From contig NC_043007.1 in the NCBI RefSeq assembly GCF_006345805.1, positions 28,768,001-28,832,000 of the forward strand: a stretch of 64,000 nt of DNA, in the 5' to 3' direction. Numbering within the stretch: position 1 is the first letter of the stretch; every line of letters begins with the position of its first letter. Below the pieces are notes generated by a model that saw only the letters and a program-made list of their open reading frames with translations, was not told where the DNA came from and searched no databases. Shown one piece after another: positions 60,261-64,000 of the stretch. The DNA is from Octopus sinensis. Taxonomy: Eukaryota. The translations under genes and the position numbers were made by a program.

Positions 60261-61949
60261 CTGTCAGAGAAAACAGCAATTATTTATTCTGTGTGTGTGT
60301 GTAGAAATGTGAAGACACACGCATCCATATATATAATTTTATTTCAGTATGTGGAGTTAAATGCATTGTGTACCTTCTTTCTCTACTCTTTAGGACAGAC
60401 AACTATAAAAATGATGAGTTAGTGTCAGGAAGGGTATCCATCCATTGAAAATCAGTCTCAATGCAAATCGGAAATGAATGATCCCACTTCTATGGCAGAG
60501 ACAATCGTTCACAATTATCTTGTGATATCAAAACAAGGAGAAATAAACATACATATATACATATACGATGAACTTCTTTCAGTTTCCTTCTACCAAATCC
60601 ACTCACAAGGCTTTGGTCAGTCCAGGACGATAGTAAAATGTACTTAGACAAGGTGTCATGTAGTGGGACAGAACCCAGAACCATGAGATTGGAAAGTAAA
60701 CTTCTTAGCCACTCAGCCACACCTGAGCCTATGTGTGTGCGTGCATGTATCATCATTGTTTAAATGTCTGCTTTCCATGCTAGCATGGGTTGGACAGTGT
60801 GACTGACGGCTGGCAAGCCTTAGGTTGCATCAGGCTCTAACCTGATTTGGCATTGTTTTCTACAGCTGGATGCCTCTCTTAATGCCAACCACTCTGAGAG
60901 TGTAGTGGGTGCCTTTTATGTATCACTGGCACAGGAGCCAGTCAGGGAACATGCATGTGTGTGTGTATATTCATGCACACACACACACACACCTCACAAC
61001 TGCATATCTTCGCTCAGTTTGGTCAGTTATCTTTCCATCCTTCTAGTCCAGTATATTAAAATATTTCCTCACCAATTATTTCCCTGGGCTGCCCTTACCA
61101 CAGAACCCCTCCACCACCAACATATGTCCCTTTCATTTACCCTATCAACCTTTCCCATCATATATCTCTTCTCCAAGACAGCCAATCTCCCTCACTTCCT
61201 TTCTTCTCTATCTTTTTATAAAACTGAAAGACAACCAACCGGATTCCATCTGCCATGTGTCCGTCTTCCTTGTTTCACCTCCATGTCTTCTCACAATCCT
61301 CTCACAGTCTTTCGACATTACTCTTTGTCTGTTACAGAGAATCCCTAATGAACAACAGCAATAAAGTTTTTTGCAATTCACTTCTTTCTTACTTGAGTTA
61401 CCCTGGTAACCAATGAGGCAACATCAACCCTCTCTATGTGAAGACACTTAACTCTCAACTTCTCAATCTGTTAATAGGTACCAGAGGGAGGTACATTTTC
61501 ATCACTAGCACTGTGGAATTAGGGAGTGTGTCTTACCAGGTTTACTTGATATGTTAAAAATAGCAGCCAAATCTCTCTCAAATCACACCAAAAAGAAACA
61601 CTGGACAATGTAGTCCTAGATACACTATGTTTGAATAAAAGATGAGATGGCTATGACTGGAATGTCTTTTATCATAGGTCTTCTGGATCAGGTCTGACTT
61701 GGGGCTAAATAATACCACTCTGACCTACACTGAACCTCACCCACTCTTCTTCTAACTTCCTCTCTTTCTCTTAAAACACAATACACACACACACACAGAC
61801 ATGCAAACAAACACATACGCACACACACACACACACATTGAGATTTAACTGAACTTCACTCCAAGACCAACACTTCCATCCAACCTTCCTCTCTCTGTTT
61901 CGAATATTCAGCTATAAAACATATTGGAGTCCATTATCTGAAGCAAACC

Positions 61950-62560
61950 AAGCTTGTCTTTTCTAAATGACGAATCTTGTAGTTGCCAGATTATCTTCAT
62001 CAGCCCAGACTTGATGGCGTCTTTTGGTAAATCCAAGAATCTCTGTTGCAGTTTTCACCAATGATTTCTCTTGGTTGATTCAATGGACTCTTGTGAGGCT
62101 GGCGATGGGTGTTCTGTAGAGATGTGGTCCTTGACTTCAGCACGACGACTAAGTTAACCATTGTTCTTCTTTCATTGATTAGGAGTTCTAATCCAAGGAT
62201 TGTTCAGTTTCATGTTGAGTTTTCAGATGATCTGACATTAATCTGTCCGATAGGCAGTGGTTCTTCTCCTGGCTTGAGTGATACAACCATCTCCTTTATC
62301 TGTGGCATGCCAATGTGTTGAGGGCTGACCAGCAGTTGTCATGTTGTGGGTGTAGCTCTCAATATTACCAAAGAACACACAATGTACCATTCTGCCACAA
62401 GGGCCAGACTGTGTGATGGACATTTCAGATGAAATCATCAGATGTGGTCATCTGACCAAGTTGGTATTAAAGAAAAGTAATTTTAATGTTAACTTTTCCT
62501 GCTCTTTGAAGTGAGTGGTGCTGGACCAAAATGGTGCAGTGGTGCTTGGCTCCACTTGGT
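61950..62560 (-). mobile_element. Decayed RTE (BovB-like) APE/linker fragment
   Basis: KTATEILGFTKRRHQVWADED remnant on the minus strand. Confidence 0.5.
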
Positions 62561-64000
62561 CATGATGGTAGCACCTAAGTTCCAATACTGTCTGAATTCA
62601 TTGAAATGACAACCATCTCTCCTTTCTTACCACCAATCTAGGAACAATCTCAAGTGCTCATTATATCTTTCCTCTATTAGACTCCTCTTCCTTCTCCTCC
62701 TCTCACCTCTGGATCTAGGTTTGAGAAATTGAAGTTGATGGATGCCATCTGTGGGATTGGGGGGAATTGGCTGTGGCCTCCAAACACTAGAGCTTAATTG
62801 ATTCTGACTCAGTTCCATGGCACAGAGATTGGGTTACTGAGCATTCAGTTTTTCAAATGTAATCTTGTTACCAGTCCACTTGGGTTGGCCATATTTGTAG
62901 TAAACCTCCATATTTGAAGGCCATTCTACTATCTGCCACCCAAGGACATACCCTTTCCCCAGTCATTTCTGATTTCCATAGACACACCCATAGGAGGGTG
63001 AAATAAAATAGATATCTATATTTTAAAACTATGAAGTTATATTTCTATAGCACACACACACACACACACGTTGACCCAGCAAACCCTTAAAGGGTATTGA
63101 CAGAGTTGTTTCCCTTCAACAATCTCTGCTGATAACTGGTTTCTAACTCAACAGGAAATTGCAGCCAAAATTTCCCTTAAAACATATCCAAGGATGGATA
63201 TATTGAGTAACGTAATTAAGCCTACACAAGAAATAAAAACAGAGGCCAGATAGAAACAACTGGATGGTCCTTAGTCATAAGTTGAATCAAGGCTGATCTG
63301 GGACGAAACAACAAATGGTTTTATTATTGTAAAAGAAGTGAGGAGCTCCTCAATCAATCACTCTCGGTCCATCCCTGTTAAAGTTATTGCATTTCACATT
63401 TACAACTTGGTCAATACATCAATGTCCAGTCCTTGACGACACGCAAACTTGCAGTGGAATATTTTTGCGATGTGCAGATATCTTAGAGCATATCCCCCCC
63501 CCCCCACCAAAAAAAAAGATGACTGTTTGATAAAATGCTATACTGCACAGTCCCTGTGTTGTCTCCTCCCTCTGCCTCAACTACTGCTACTATGAAGGCT
63601 TCTGTTCACCACAACTAAATAGTTGTAGCCCAGCCCCCCCCCAACTCCCAACAAAACCCAAGCTTTTCTCCTCAGAATATCAACTTATTGAAATTCTCTA
63701 CTTTCTCTGTAGATGTTAACCTAAAGATGTCTTAAGGTCAATATCAAAAAGACCACCACCACCACCACCACCCCACCACTCAGTAACGGTCATGCAATCA
63801 CCGTCTCTCCCTCCACACACATTTTTTAACACTGAATGTTTTTAGTCCTGGTCCCATTGTGCCACTTGTCTTAATCTAGCATTAATTACTTTTGACTGAA
63901 TGTTGCTCTAAATAAATGACGATATTATATCCATTATTATGGGTGCAGGCGTGGTAAGAAGCTTGCTTCCCAACCACATGGTTTTGGGTTCAGTCCCACT

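Noticed and set aside
62627-62818. Minus-strand ORF ending at a GTAAGA donor as an upstream LOXHD1 exon
   Set aside because: Not PLAT-like, the wrong phase for the phase-1 acceptor at 60260, and embedded in decayed LINE sequence.

Overview
AT-rich, microsatellite- and retroposon-dense animal DNA, most likely an octopus (inferred from the SINE/RTE repertoire and (TA)n/(AAT)n/(GAT)n load). The window holds the 3' part of one large minus-strand gene, a LOXHD1-like multi-PLAT protein. I traced 19 coding exons by hand (60260 down to the stop at 2968; 2999 nt, about 1000 aa, 7 PLAT domains). All have GT-AG boundaries and matching phases; the 5' part lies beyond 64000. Introns contain: a near full-length RTE LINE with a PHD-type C4HC3 finger inside its RT and a tandemly amplified 3' UTR; older RTE and R4-like fragments; a DD37E Tc1-like transposon; a Helitron-like element; a pogo/Tigger-like MITE; tRNA-derived SINEs; a 4.9-kb 36-bp minisatellite; an exact-looking 867-bp tandem duplication; two fold-back structures; and hammerhead-like remnants. 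A frameshifted Myb/SANT-like ORF runs off the left edge. No searches or alignments were run. Comparisons to human LOXHD1 are from memory and need checking.
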